From NCBI GenBank assembly GCA_938091905.1, contig CALKOM010000099.1:1-26405 (forward strand): a stretch of DNA of 26,405 bases, written 5' to 3'. The position numbers and the translations under genes are program-made. How positions within the stretch are numbered: the stretch's first letter is position 1; every line of letters begins with the position of its first letter. The DNA comes from an uncultured Verrucomicrobiales bacterium. GTDB taxonomy: Bacteria > Verrucomicrobiota > Verrucomicrobiia > Verrucomicrobiales > DEV007. Under the pieces are notes generated by a model. The model did no database searches, was not told where the DNA came from, and saw nothing but the letters and a program-made list of their open reading frames with translations. Below are positions 9,012-18,813 of this stretch, in pieces.

Positions 9012-9073
9012 GCAGATTATTTAGAGCTCTACAGGCCAATAGGAGAAACGCCTGATTATTTCTTGCAGATGGG

Positions 9074-9114
9074 ATATTATATTTATTATTATTAGTATAA
9101 TAAATATAAATATT
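9074..9114. promoter_or_regulatory. AT-rich palindromic promoter/operator candidate
   Basis: 41 nt with a single G and no C. 13-bp arms 9077-9089 and 9097-9109. TATAAT at 9096-9101, about 20 nt before ATG 9123. Confidence 0.5.
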
Positions 9115-9122
9115 GGAATCAA

Positions 9123-9506
9123 ATGAAACAACTCGCCTTACTTACAGCGTTTGTGACGGCTGGATGGCTGATCGCCGTCGCGGCGTACACGATTTACGAA
9201 GTGACCATGATTCAGAAGGGGTATGACCGTGCTTTTACGAGCCTTAAGTACCAGCAGGGCCTTGTCAGTGCTCTAAACTATGCCCTGCCCTCTGCGATTG
9301 TCTGCCTCTTTTTTATCATCAGAACGAACAAGACAGACCCGATCAGCACTGAGATTTTTCTGCTCTGTATGATCACGTGTGTCCTCGGCTCCTACTTGAG
9401 TTTCCGGGCGAAGGACATGGCTTTTCCTGATCCGTACGACCCTTACTTTGCAAAGTCAGTCTGGTGGATTCCCGATCCGCCTGAAGCCTACGAGGTTGAC
9501 GACTAG
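9123..9506 (+). CDS. Hypothetical membrane protein (about 3 TM segments)
   Basis: 127-aa ORF filling the gap between aroG and tlyA, with three hydrophobic stretches. Confidence 0.7.
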   Translation: MKQLALLTAFVTAGWLIAVAAYTIYEVTMIQKGYDRAFTSLKYQQGLVSALNYALPSAIVCLFFIIRTNKTDPISTEIFLLCMITCVLGSYLSFRAKDMAFPDPYDPYFAKSVWWIPDPPEAYEVDD

Positions 9507-9549
9507 GCCTCCTTGCGCATGAAGGCATCCTTGGCATCGTATCCGTAGA

Positions 9550-10302
9550 ATGCCGCCCTCCTCAACTCGAATTAAAGAACGGTTGGATCAACATTTGGTC
9601 CGCCTTGGGTTGGCCCCATCTCGCGAACAGGCCAAACGGCTGATCATTGCTGGTGAGGTCCAGATAGGTACTCACATATGGGATAAGCCCAGTGCGATCG
9701 TTCCCAGCGAGGCAACTGCAACGGTTAAGGAGAAGCCGAAATTTGTTGGGCGCGGTGGTCTCAAGTTGGAAGCTGCGCTCGATCACTTCAAAATTGCGAC
9801 GGAAGGAAAGATCTGCTTCGATGCTGGTGCGTCTACTGGTGGCTTTACGGATTGTCTACTGCAACGAGGAGCGAGTAAGGTTCACGCTTTTGATGTTGGG
9901 ACCAACCAGCTCGTGTGGAAGTTGCGCTCAGATCCTCGCGTGAATGTGCGTGAGAAGTTCAATGTGCGGCACATGGAGTTCGAGGATGTTGGGGAGCGGG
10001 TGGATTTGGTAGTTCTCGATGTCTCCTTCATTTCACTGACCCTCATCTTACCTGCTTGTTGGAAGATACTCGCCGATGATGCAAATGTCGTGTGTCTTGT
10101 TAAGCCGCAGTTTGAGCTTCAACGGGAGGACGTGAGCAAGGGTGGTATTGTTAGAGACGCATCCTTAAGGGAACGTGCTGTCGCGAAGATTCGCGATTTC
10201 GCAAAACATTCGTTAAACGGAGAATGGCTGGGAGTGATGGATTCGCCGATCACCGGCACTGATGGTAACCACGAATTTCTAGCATGGCTGCAACCCACAT
10301 AG
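9550..10302 (+). CDS. tlyA: TlyA-family rRNA 2'-O-methyltransferase
   Basis: S4 domain (RLDQHLV...SREQAK), DAGASTGGFTD, DVSFISL, KPQFE and GTDGNHEF motifs. Confidence 0.95.
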   Translation: MPPSSTRIKERLDQHLVRLGLAPSREQAKRLIIAGEVQIGTHIWDKPSAIVPSEATATVKEKPKFVGRGGLKLEAALDHFKIATEGKICFDAGASTGGFTDCLLQRGASKVHAFDVGTNQLVWKLRSDPRVNVREKFNVRHMEFEDVGERVDLVVLDVSFISLTLILPACWKILADDANVVCLVKPQFELQREDVSKGGIVRDASLRERAVAKIRDFAKHSLNGEWLGVMDSPITGTDGNHEFLAWLQPT

Positions 10303-11162
10303 GCATCTCCGCGAACGTCTCCAAGCCCAACGCGAGGGAGGTCCTGACGCAATTGCGATCGCATCTCTTGCGTAGCGACTTGGAGGTTTCGCTCGAGGAG
10401 GAGTCTGCGTCCTTGTTGGCAGACCCGTCTGTAGGGTCTGGGATGGATCTGCGAGAAATGGCTGGTGAAGTGGATCTCCTGATCATCTTGGGGGGAGATG
10501 GTACAATTCTTCGCGCTGTCCGCAGGACTATTGGGATTCCCGTTCCGATCATGGGATTGAACATAGGCACTCTGGGATTTCTGACCTGCGCCACTCAGGA
10601 CGCCGTGAGCCAAGTTGGTGACTGGATACGGACGGACTACTTCCGCCTCTCAAAACGGTCGCTATTAGAGGCAACCGTTTCCCTCGCAGGAGAGGAGCAG
10701 GCCACGTATTTTGGCCTCAATGAGGTCACCGTGTGCCGTGAAAATGTGTCTCGCCTCATTCACTTGGAAACGCACATCAATGGAGAGTATCTCAACCACT
10801 ATAGTGCTGATGGTCTTATCATCTCGACGCCTACTGGATCCACCGCCTACTCGCTTTCCGCTGGTGGTCCGATCATTGATCCGGAAAGTGGTGTCTTTGT
10901 GATCACGCCCATATGTCCGCATGCTATGTCAAATCGCTCGATGGTTGTGCGTAACGACACTGAGATTGAGGTGATTCCTGTCGAGCAACGCGACCAGGTC
11001 GCGCTTACATTGGATGGCCGGTCTGTACATCAAGTCCAGCCGCACAGCCAGATTCACATTCGTCGAGCGAGTCATCATGTGGAGCTAGCTTTTCTGCCAG
11101 AGCAGTCGTTCTATCGCACGCTGCGTTCCAAGCTTCGATGGCATGGTAGCAATGTTACTTAG
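10284..11162 (+). CDS. nadK: NAD kinase
   Basis: LGGDGTIL, GTLGFL, LNE and DGLIISTPTGSTAYSLSAGGP motifs. Confidence 0.96.
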   Translation: MAATHIGISANVSKPNAREVLTQLRSHLLRSDLEVSLEEESASLLADPSVGSGMDLREMAGEVDLLIILGGDGTILRAVRRTIGIPVPIMGLNIGTLGFLTCATQDAVSQVGDWIRTDYFRLSKRSLLEATVSLAGEEQATYFGLNEVTVCRENVSRLIHLETHINGEYLNHYSADGLIISTPTGSTAYSLSAGGPIIDPESGVFVITPICPHAMSNRSMVVRNDTEIEVIPVEQRDQVALTLDGRSVHQVQPHSQIHIRRASHHVELAFLPEQSFYRTLRSKLRWHGSNVT

Positions 11163-11820
11163 AGCTGTGGGTACCTGGTGGGGCCTGTTTTTCGCTACAG
11201 CGTGGGGTGCCACGATCACCGTGACGAACTTTGATGGGCCGGATTCCCATTTGCTCACGAAGGATGATGGATCGCTCTTCTTTAATGGGCTTGTTTGGAT
11301 TGGTGCCTTTGATATCGACAATGGTGCCATTCGAGACGCTGTGGAAAGTGGACACCTTCTCCACCTGGAATCTCAATTCCGGCAGTTTGGAAACTCCATC
11401 GCCGTCAATTTCAATGGTCTTCCCTCGCTCTACCAGGATGTCGTGACCCAAACGGTCACTCCTGAAGACGAGTTTGCTGGTCGTGCGATCTATACGGTAA
11501 TTTCGGATCAGGGGTTACTACGCGATGCGAGGCAGCTTCTTATTTTTCAGCATGATCAGGTCTTTCTTGAGGATCCTTTGCGCAATGATCCAGCATTGCT
11601 CGACGACGAGTCTGGGGAATTGTTAGTTGGCGGGTTCGATCTCTATCGTAGGAGTTTGGACCAAATCATGGAGCAGCCGGCCTATTCGCTGGCCCGCACT
11701 ATTCCCGAGCCGACGGTTTCCTCGTTGCTCCTTCTCGGCTGGGTCGTGGTGGCGCGCCGCCGCAGAAGTTGCAGGCATGATGATTCGCTTTCGCTTGTCC
11801 TCTCTGAGAATATCACCTAA
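11143..11820 (+). CDS. PEP-CTERM sorting-domain exported protein
   Basis: Signal peptide ending AWG-ATI, plus IPEP-hydrophobic helix-ARRRR near the C-terminus. Start is 11143 or 11152. Confidence 0.85.
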   Translation: MVAMLLRAVGTWWGLFFATAWGATITVTNFDGPDSHLLTKDDGSLFFNGLVWIGAFDIDNGAIRDAVESGHLLHLESQFRQFGNSIAVNFNGLPSLYQDVVTQTVTPEDEFAGRAIYTVISDQGLLRDARQLLIFQHDQVFLEDPLRNDPALLDDESGELLVGGFDLYRRSLDQIMEQPAYSLARTIPEPTVSSLLLLGWVVVARRRRSCRHDDSLSLVLSENIT

Positions 11821-11831
11821 GCTAACCGGTT

Positions 11832-12602
11832 ATGAAGATCAAGACTTGGGTGATGATGGCCATGGTAGGAGTTGCCACGCATGTGCAACTCTATGCCGAG
11901 GAGACTCCGACTCTCACGTTGGAAAATACAAAAAGTAGTAAAATCGAGGCTGTTATCCTTGCTAGTGACAACACGACGGTCACTTTCAAGCGGGTCGGTA
12001 AGGAGAAGATTTACACTCTACGATTGGACCAATTGACCGAGGCCACGCAGGACTCTCTGTTAGCCTATGATCTTCCCGTCAAAGTAGAAGAGCCAGAGAA
12101 GGGCGATGTGATTTCGGTGCCAAAGGAGTCCTTTCTTCCTATCAAGTTCTCTTCGGGTAAGACTAGCAAGCGCACTAATCGCGGGACTTACGATGATGAA
12201 CGGACGGATACGCTAAAGCCAGTGGTGACGATTGAGAATCGTGACTCGAAGACTCCCCTGAGTTGCGGGATGACGGTTGTCGTCTTTGGAAGAGGGGTTG
12301 TGGAGAAGCGAACAATCAAGGTACTGGCCAAGAAGAGCTTTACGCTCAATCAAGCTGGAGGCGCGAAATCGACCTACTCGCTAGAAGAGTTTTCCTTCAA
12401 GTACGATGCCCGTGACTATTACAACTATGGCTTCAAATACCAGGGCTACGCCGTCGTTCTTCACGATAAAGACGGCGAGCCGCTTCGCGTCATTGCTAGC
12501 CCTTCTGGCTATAAGAGCATACCTCGTCGTGCGCTCAAGGTAGTGAAGGGTAAAGTCTACGATTCCGAGTTGATCAAAGAGATCAAGCCTCCACAGCGGT
12601 AA
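11832..12602 (+). CDS. Secreted hypothetical protein with an SHD1-like N-terminal domain
   Basis: Signal peptide. KIEAVIL...VTFKR...YTLRLDQLTEATQ resembles the SHD1-like module common in PVC proteins. Lys-rich beta-type C-terminal part. Confidence 0.75.
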   Translation: MKIKTWVMMAMVGVATHVQLYAEETPTLTLENTKSSKIEAVILASDNTTVTFKRVGKEKIYTLRLDQLTEATQDSLLAYDLPVKVEEPEKGDVISVPKESFLPIKFSSGKTSKRTNRGTYDDERTDTLKPVVTIENRDSKTPLSCGMTVVVFGRGVVEKRTIKVLAKKSFTLNQAGGAKSTYSLEEFSFKYDARDYYNYGFKYQGYAVVLHDKDGEPLRVIASPSGYKSIPRRALKVVKGKVYDSELIKEIKPPQR

Positions 12603-12622
12603 TTAAGATACTGCGAAGTATC

Positions 12623-13414
12623 CTAGTGGTTTGCTAGATAGTTCTCCAAGGTTTCCCGCTTAAGGGGGAAGCGCGCTCCGCAGCGGGGGCATTGTATCGG
12701 GATGGTGTCTGTGTTCTCGTAAAGTTCATCGATAAGAGAAGCGGTCAGCGTAGCCATTGAGGGAAGAATTCTATCTAAGTCACAGCCGCAATCGAACCGA
12801 TAGAAGCGGGACTCTAGCAAGCTTAGAGATTCCGATTGATCTAGTGCGCGAACGTCCTCGTCAGTGAGCTCGGTTAACCAGTCCTCGTCGCAGTCGGGCT
12901 GGGCGGTTATCATGACAAACGTTTCTTCGCTATAGCGGAAAAGGCGCGCTAGCCGTTGCTCACTTTGGGCAAAGAAGTGTTCCACGATGCGGAAGAAGTC
13001 TGTGCCCTCGAACGCGACGACGCTTTGTCGGATCCCCGAATGATCGTCACGGATCTGAGCGATGAAGCGGTTCGAGTTGCCTACTTTCACATCTTCAGTA
13101 AATGCTCGTCCCGTGACACTTTCTGATCGGCTATTGCCTGTGACGAAAAGATTGCAGCATGGTTTTTGGAAATTGACGGTCCAGGCGGCGTCTTCTTCCC
13201 AGGGGCGAGACGCCAGATGTAAAGTCAGCGCCCCGAGTGCGTCCTTGAGTAACTTGTCAATGCCAGGAGGGAGGCGCATGCCATGCTGCATGAGATGGAG
13301 ATAGTGATCTACGTAGAGAGGGCCGATGTCTGCTCGGGTCGCCAGGGCATTGCGGTCCCTCACAAAGTAACTGCGCACCTCAATCTTGGTATCTTCTAGA
13401 GCTTCCTCTTTCAC
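12623..13414 (-). CDS. hslO: Hsp33-family redox-regulated chaperone
   Basis: FFAQSEQ and the C-terminal zinc centre CGC...CPRC. Confidence 0.85.
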   Translation of the reverse strand: MKEEALEDTKIEVRSYFVRDRNALATRADIGPLYVDHYLHLMQHGMRLPPGIDKLLKDALGALTLHLASRPWEEDAAWTVNFQKPCCNLFVTGNSRSESVTGRAFTEDVKVGNSNRFIAQIRDDHSGIRQSVVAFEGTDFFRIVEHFFAQSEQRLARLFRYSEETFVMITAQPDCDEDWLTELTDEDVRALDQSESLSLLESRFYRFDCGCDLDRILPSMATLTASLIDELYENTDTIPIQCPRCGARFPLKRETLENYLANH

Positions 13415-13456
13415 GGAGCTAATGAAGCATCAATTCCGCCCGTGTGCCACCGTCAA

Positions 13457-13493
13457 GAGGCCCACCAAGGAATGAGCGGCCCTGGTGGGCCTC
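13457..13493. repeat. GC-rich inverted repeat in divergent intergenic region
   Basis: GAGGCCCACCA-N15-TGGTGGGCCTC, perfect 11-bp arms. Confidence 0.6.
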
Positions 13494-13609
13494 CACACCA
13501 GTGCTTTAAAGTTCTTGGCAACGCAGTCAAAGAGGGGCGTGACGCGGTTGCGCACTACGAGCGTTGTGGTTACGTTTGGCAGTCGTGTTTCTCTCACCTT
13601 GATTTCGCA

Positions 13610-16207
13610 ATGTATCGCATTCTCTCCCTCCTCTGCTTGACCGTGGGCGTCTTATGCGCTGAGCCATTGGTGCGACAGGCTAACGAGACGCTTCGGCTGC
13701 CCTCGACTCTTCCAGGCGGAACATTCGAAACCGAATCTGCGTTTGATGACCTTTCCTTCGATCGCCCGGTTGCCTTGGTCACGCCTCCCGGAGAAATGGA
13801 CCGTCTCTTTGTCGTCGAGCAACGTGGCCGCATCTTGGTGATACCCAGTTTAGGAAATCCTAGCAAAGAAACGTTTCTGGATATTTCTGAGGCCACTACG
13901 TTTGAAGGGGAATCGGGTCTGTTGGGTCTGGCCTTCCATCCTCAGTATGTATCAAATGGCTGGTTCTATGTGTTCTACTCGCGAAGTGAAGGCGGGCAGC
14001 GTTTTCAGCGGGTGTCTCGCTTTAACGTGGATCCTCAGAATGCCAATCGAGCCCTGGCCGAGTCGGAACAACCCTTGTTGGAACAAGAAGATGAGGCCAG
14101 CAACCACAACGGCGGAGATCTCCACTTTGGGCCCGACGACTACCTCTATATCGCTCTGGGTGACGAGGGTGGTGCGAATGATGAATACGACAATAGCCGC
14201 TTCATCGACAAAGACTTCTTCTGCGCAATTGCGCGCATTGATGTGGATCACCTCCCTGGAAGCCTGCAGCCGAATCCGCATCCTGGTGTGTATTCAGGCA
14301 CTTATGCGATTCCTCCAGACAATCCGTTCATCGGCGTTACCGAGTTCGCAGGGCGAGTGATTGAGCCCGGCAACGTGCGCACGGAATTCTGGGCGGTGGG
14401 ATTGCGGAACCCTTGGCGGCTTCACTTCGACCCCGCAACGGGGCGACTTTTCTCAGCCGATGTAGGCCAGAATTCTCGGGAGGAAGTGAATCTGATCACG
14501 CGTGGTGGCCATTATGGTTGGAGTTTCCGTGAAGGGAGCAGAATGTTTACACGGGGTCCGGGCCGTCGGAATGAGCCGGTGGCGTTCGCTCCTGCCCGCC
14601 CGATTTGGGATTACGCTAGAAATGAAGGTGTTTCTGTCACTGGCGGTGTGGTGTATCGAGGGGAGGCCCATACGGAACTCTATGAAGCCTACATCTTTGG
14701 CGACTACGGTTCGGGCTCGATTTGGGCATTACACTTCAATGAAGATGACAGTGTGCGAGTGAAAGAGATCGCGTCGGACTCACAGATCAGCGCATTCGGA
14801 GTCGATCCTAGAAATGGGGATGTGCTCTTAACGAGTTACGGACGGGGTGAGGTGAGGCGTCTTGTTAGGAAAACCAAGCCGTTTGGACTTTTGACTCCGT
14901 CTAAACTCTCTAGGACTGGAGCGTTTGCAGATTTGAAGACGCTGACTCCTAATGCGGGCATTGTTTCCTACGAACCTAATGTCTCCTTCTGGTCGGATGG
15001 CGCGAGGAAGCGGCGCTGGTTCTCGGTGCCAGACGTTGAGGACACGATCTTGTTTGATCCGGCTGAGCCCTGGACCTTTCCGGTGGGAACAGTCTGGATC
15101 AAACACTTCGAGATTGGTGATGCGGACAGTTTACTCCGATTGGAAACGCGCTTCCTGGTGAAGACTGCAACAGGAAGCTACGGGCTCACGTATGCCTGGA
15201 ATGAGGATCAGACGGATGCTGATCTCATTGATACGGAAGGCGTGGAGCGGACGGTCACCGTCACGGAGGGAGGGGTTTCCAGGCAGCAACAGTGGCTATT
15301 CCCAAGCCGAAATGCTTGTCGAGCTTGTCACACCTCGGTAGCAGGCCAGGCGTTAGGTTTCTCGACAGCTCAATTGAATCGTGCGCACGACTACGATGGT
15401 GGCACTGCCAATCAGTTAGAAGCGTTGAATGAAGCGGGCTACTTTCGCTCGGCGATTTCAAAGTCTCCCGCGCAGCTTCCCCAGCTGGCTCCTGCAGGTG
15501 ATGATACGCGCTCGCTGGAGCATCGGGCACGTTCCTATCTGGCCGTCAATTGTGCCCAATGCCACCAACCGAAAGGCCCAGCGCTCGGTTTCTGGGATGC
15601 TCGTTATACGACGCGTCTCAGTCAGAGTGGTATGGTCAATGGTTCTTTACAGTCCAATCAGCCGGCTCCTGGCATGCGAGTGATCGCACCGGGATCTCCC
15701 GAGGAATCGATGGTCTTGGCGAGAATGCAAGGATCTGAAGGGCTTTTGCCGATGCCGCCGATTGGTTTGAATCGTGTTCACGCAGCGGGTCTGTCGTTGA
15801 TTCGAGAATGGGTGCTATCCTTGGAAGATTCGCCAGCTCACGGTTACGATGACTGGGTAGGAGAGTTTCTGGCAGAGCAGCCACTGCTCGCCACGGATCG
15901 GGAGGCTGATCCAGACCGCGATGGGAGGAGTAATTTCGAGGAGTATCTTGGAGATTCGCATCCAGGTGATCCGCAGGACCGATGGTTAGAGCAGATTCAG
16001 GTGGCTTCGGATGGCACCTTTCTGACACTTCCGGCTATACCAAACGGTAAACTTGAAATGCAATTCAGCGACGATTTTAAGGTCTGGACTTCCTTGGAGA
16101 TTTCTCCAGAAAGCATGCTGCCCCAACCTGGCGAAGGTTTTCAGATTCGAGTCAGCGGTGAAATCTCTCCAGGCTTCTACCGCTTTCGATTGCTGGAGAG
16201 CGATTGA
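13610..16207 (+). CDS. Secreted glucose/sorbosone dehydrogenase (GSDH, PQQ-type propeller) fused to a diheme c-type cytochrome domain
   Basis: Signal peptide from ATG 13610. GLLGLAFHP, NHNGG, GLRNPWR and DVGQ...EE motifs. Heme motifs CRACH and CAQCH. Tail DPDRDGRSNFEEY...FYRFRL. Confidence 0.9.
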   Translation: MYRILSLLCLTVGVLCAEPLVRQANETLRLPSTLPGGTFETESAFDDLSFDRPVALVTPPGEMDRLFVVEQRGRILVIPSLGNPSKETFLDISEATTFEGESGLLGLAFHPQYVSNGWFYVFYSRSEGGQRFQRVSRFNVDPQNANRALAESEQPLLEQEDEASNHNGGDLHFGPDDYLYIALGDEGGANDEYDNSRFIDKDFFCAIARIDVDHLPGSLQPNPHPGVYSGTYAIPPDNPFIGVTEFAGRVIEPGNVRTEFWAVGLRNPWRLHFDPATGRLFSADVGQNSREEVNLITRGGHYGWSFREGSRMFTRGPGRRNEPVAFAPARPIWDYARNEGVSVTGGVVYRGEAHTELYEAYIFGDYGSGSIWALHFNEDDSVRVKEIASDSQISAFGVDPRNGDVLLTSYGRGEVRRLVRKTKPFGLLTPSKLSRTGAFADLKTLTPNAGIVSYEPNVSFWSDGARKRRWFSVPDVEDTILFDPAEPWTFPVGTVWIKHFEIGDADSLLRLETRFLVKTATGSYGLTYAWNEDQTDADLIDTEGVERTVTVTEGGVSRQQQWLFPSRNACRACHTSVAGQALGFSTAQLNRAHDYDGGTANQLEALNEAGYFRSAISKSPAQLPQLAPAGDDTRSLEHRARSYLAVNCAQCHQPKGPALGFWDARYTTRLSQSGMVNGSLQSNQPAPGMRVIAPGSPEESMVLARMQGSEGLLPMPPIGLNRVHAAGLSLIREWVLSLEDSPAHGYDDWVGEFLAEQPLLATDREADPDRDGRSNFEEYLGDSHPGDPQDRWLEQIQVASDGTFLTLPAIPNGKLEMQFSDDFKVWTSLEISPESMLPQPGEGFQIRVSGEISPGFYRFRLLESD

Positions 16208-16323
16208 ATCAATTTGCGGGATGAAGTTCGGATTCCTCGTGATAGAATCTACTAAAGGGAACGTAGACTATCCCTGCGTCTCTGAATCTATCGAATCCCT
16301 CAACCCTACCACCCTCCGAAGCT

Positions 16324-18813
16324 GTGTCTGAACTCGCGGTCGATCAAGCGGTGCTCGGCCAACGTTATCGGCTTGAGCGCCTTCTCGGCATGGGCTCTAC
16401 CGGCCCTGTCTGGCTGGCTGAGGATTTGGAATTGCGCGTTCCTCGAGCACTCAAGTTCCTCTCTGAACTGGCCCAAGAAGAGCTCGAGGATTTGAAGGCA
16501 GAGACCTTGCGCTCTCAGGAATTGACGCATCAGGGCATCGTACGCATCTACGACTTTGTGAGGGATGAGCATCATGCTGCCATTTGTATGGAGGCGATCG
16601 ATGGGCCAGATTTGCGCGCGGCACAGCGTGAACGGACGCCACCTTGCTTTCATCCCGATGAGGTTTCGTTTTGGATGGAAGGTTTGTGTCGGGCTCTTCA
16701 TCACGCCCATACGTTCGCAAAGATTATCCATCGAGATCTGAAACCTTCTAACCTTCTCATCAACTGTCAAGGTCACCTTAAGGTGGCGGACTTTGGTATT
16801 GCCAGGGCAGTTCCCAAGCGGCTTGTCGGTAGCGACCAAGATGCGCGGATCGCCGGCACCTTGGAATACATTTCTCCACAGCAACTTGAGGGGGAGGTGC
16901 CAGCAGTAGCTGACGATATTTATAGCTTCGGAGCGACTCTCTTTGAGCTCCTGGCAGGACGCCCACCCTTTTTTGGCGAGGAGCTCTATGACCAGGTTTT
17001 GCATCGTGATCCTCCGTCGGTTTCAGAATTACGGCATGTCCTAGATGAAAACCTCCCGACGGTATCTAAGAATTGGGAAGAAATTATCAATGCTTGTCTT
17101 TCAAAACAACCTCAAGATCGCCCAGAATCGGTTCGTGCACTGGCGGATTTGTTAGGCCTGGAGCTCCGTCAGATGACGATTCGGGAGCCTATTCTTCCCG
17201 ATGGCTTTCTTGATGATTCGGAATCGGCGGTTAGAGAGCCACTCGTGAGTGACCGGCGGGTGCGAACGTTGCAGGATATCCCTCTCTCGCAAGGGGCCTC
17301 AGGTTCGCGGTGGCCTTGGATTGCTGGAGCCGGAGGTGTGCTTACTGTTTTAGGACTAGCATTCTGTCGACCTTCCGATGTCAGCGAGGACGAGGCTTTG
17401 CTTGCCCGTGGCCCAGCTGATGTTGATGAGGTGGGCCTGGCGACGTCTGCTGTCGTCGATAATTCGCCGAAAACGGCTGGGTTAGTAGCTGATCTTGAGG
17501 GCCTCGACAGAGCTGTGCGGGGTGGAGATTGGGACGAAGCGAAGCGGAAGCTGGATCGACTTTCTGCAGCCGGTTATGGAGAATTGCCGGAAGCGTTGAT
17601 AGGCAACGCGCGACTTCACATCGCTGGCAATGACTTATCGACTGCTTTAGAGAAGCTTCGGGCTTTGTTAGAAATTGAGCCAACGCATGCGGAAGGCACG
17701 CGACTGAAGGCGGTGACTCACGCGGCTTTGCAACAATGGCAGGCCGTTCGGCCAGCGGCTTCCTGGGCCATTGCGCAACCGGACAATGCTTCGGGTGCGG
17801 TTGAGTTGTTGGTTCTGCGAGGGCGCGCCAATTTGCGGTTAGGTCATTTGGATCACGCTATCGCCGATTTCAATCAGGCTGTGAGGGCAAAGCCTACTGA
17901 TGCGATGGCGCATTATCATCGCGGCCTTGCCCATCGAGAGGAGGGGAGTCTTCAGAAAGCGATCCAGAATCTCACGACTGCGATCCAGTACGACCCTCAA
18001 CACGTGCTGGCGAGGGTCGCTCGGGCGCGACTTCTAATGCAGGATGGGGAATTTGAGCGCTCTGCTAGCATGATTGTCGAGGACTTGAGCCATGCCATTA
18101 ATGCTGATCCTGAGGATATCGATGCCAGGTTAGATCGCATGAATGGCTACTATCAGTTGCAACGGTGGAATGCGGTTGTCGACGATGCAAAAATACTGTT
18201 GGAGCGAGAACCCAGGTGGGAAGACGTTCAGAGCTGCTTAGCGATTGCTCTGGTAAAGTGTGGCGACTATGAGAACGCCTCAATCGCAGATTTAAGGATC
18301 TACTCGAAAGAGTTTCCTGACGATCTCAATCATTGGTATAGCCTAGCCGAACGTTATTTAGCCGCTAGCAAATTTACCGAAGCGAAAGACGCCTTTGCGG
18401 AAATCATACGCCTTGATCCGCGATCAGTGGAGGCTCGCGAAGGGCGTGCCTTTGCCTTTTACAGTATTGCCAAAGAGCTCGCAAAAGCAGACAAAAATCG
18501 AAAGCTCCGACACACGCAACGACTTCTGGGGATCAAAGACATCAACATCTTTCTAGCGCAGGCCCCAGAGAAGGCTACTGCCGATACTTACCTGCTTAAG
18601 GTGAAGTTGCTATTCTATCGGGGAGACTATGCAGAGGCGACTTCTACGGCTCGTGTGGGTCGTCAGCAGTTCCCTAAATCGCACCATGAATTTGATTGGT
18701 GGATTGATGAGATCCAGGTGGCCAGTAAATTGGAGCGTGGAAAGGCGGTCCGTGGGCGACCGGATCGGCCTAATTGGTTTGAGCGATTCTTTAAACGCAA
18801 ACGCAAGTCGTGA
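16324..18813 (+). CDS. Hanks-type Ser/Thr protein kinase with one TM segment and TPR repeats
   Basis: GMGSTG loop, ALK, HRDLKPSN and DFG motifs. TM segment WIAGAGGVLTVLGLAFC. TPR-like repeats such as AIADFNQAVRAKPTDAMAHYHRG. Confidence 0.93.
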   Translation: MSELAVDQAVLGQRYRLERLLGMGSTGPVWLAEDLELRVPRALKFLSELAQEELEDLKAETLRSQELTHQGIVRIYDFVRDEHHAAICMEAIDGPDLRAAQRERTPPCFHPDEVSFWMEGLCRALHHAHTFAKIIHRDLKPSNLLINCQGHLKVADFGIARAVPKRLVGSDQDARIAGTLEYISPQQLEGEVPAVADDIYSFGATLFELLAGRPPFFGEELYDQVLHRDPPSVSELRHVLDENLPTVSKNWEEIINACLSKQPQDRPESVRALADLLGLELRQMTIREPILPDGFLDDSESAVREPLVSDRRVRTLQDIPLSQGASGSRWPWIAGAGGVLTVLGLAFCRPSDVSEDEALLARGPADVDEVGLATSAVVDNSPKTAGLVADLEGLDRAVRGGDWDEAKRKLDRLSAAGYGELPEALIGNARLHIAGNDLSTALEKLRALLEIEPTHAEGTRLKAVTHAALQQWQAVRPAASWAIAQPDNASGAVELLVLRGRANLRLGHLDHAIADFNQAVRAKPTDAMAHYHRGLAHREEGSLQKAIQNLTTAIQYDPQHVLARVARARLLMQDGEFERSASMIVEDLSHAINADPEDIDARLDRMNGYYQLQRWNAVVDDAKILLEREPRWEDVQSCLAIALVKCGDYENASIADLRIYSKEFPDDLNHWYSLAERYLAASKFTEAKDAFAEIIRLDPRSVEAREGRAFAFYSIAKELAKADKNRKLRHTQRLLGIKDINIFLAQAPEKATADTYLLKVKLLFYRGDYAEATSTARVGRQQFPKSHHEFDWWIDEIQVASKLERGKAVRGRPDRPNWFERFFKRKRKS

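Noticed and set aside
13442..13609. 56-codon N-terminal extension of the GSDH ORF (likewise 7809-7955 for aroG)
   Set aside because: The signal peptide or family-like sequence begins at the later ATG. The extensions cover intergenic or overlapping DNA.
16230..16298. Nested short stems upstream of the kinase as a possible riboswitch
   Set aside because: Only 5-6 bp stems and no recognisable aptamer.
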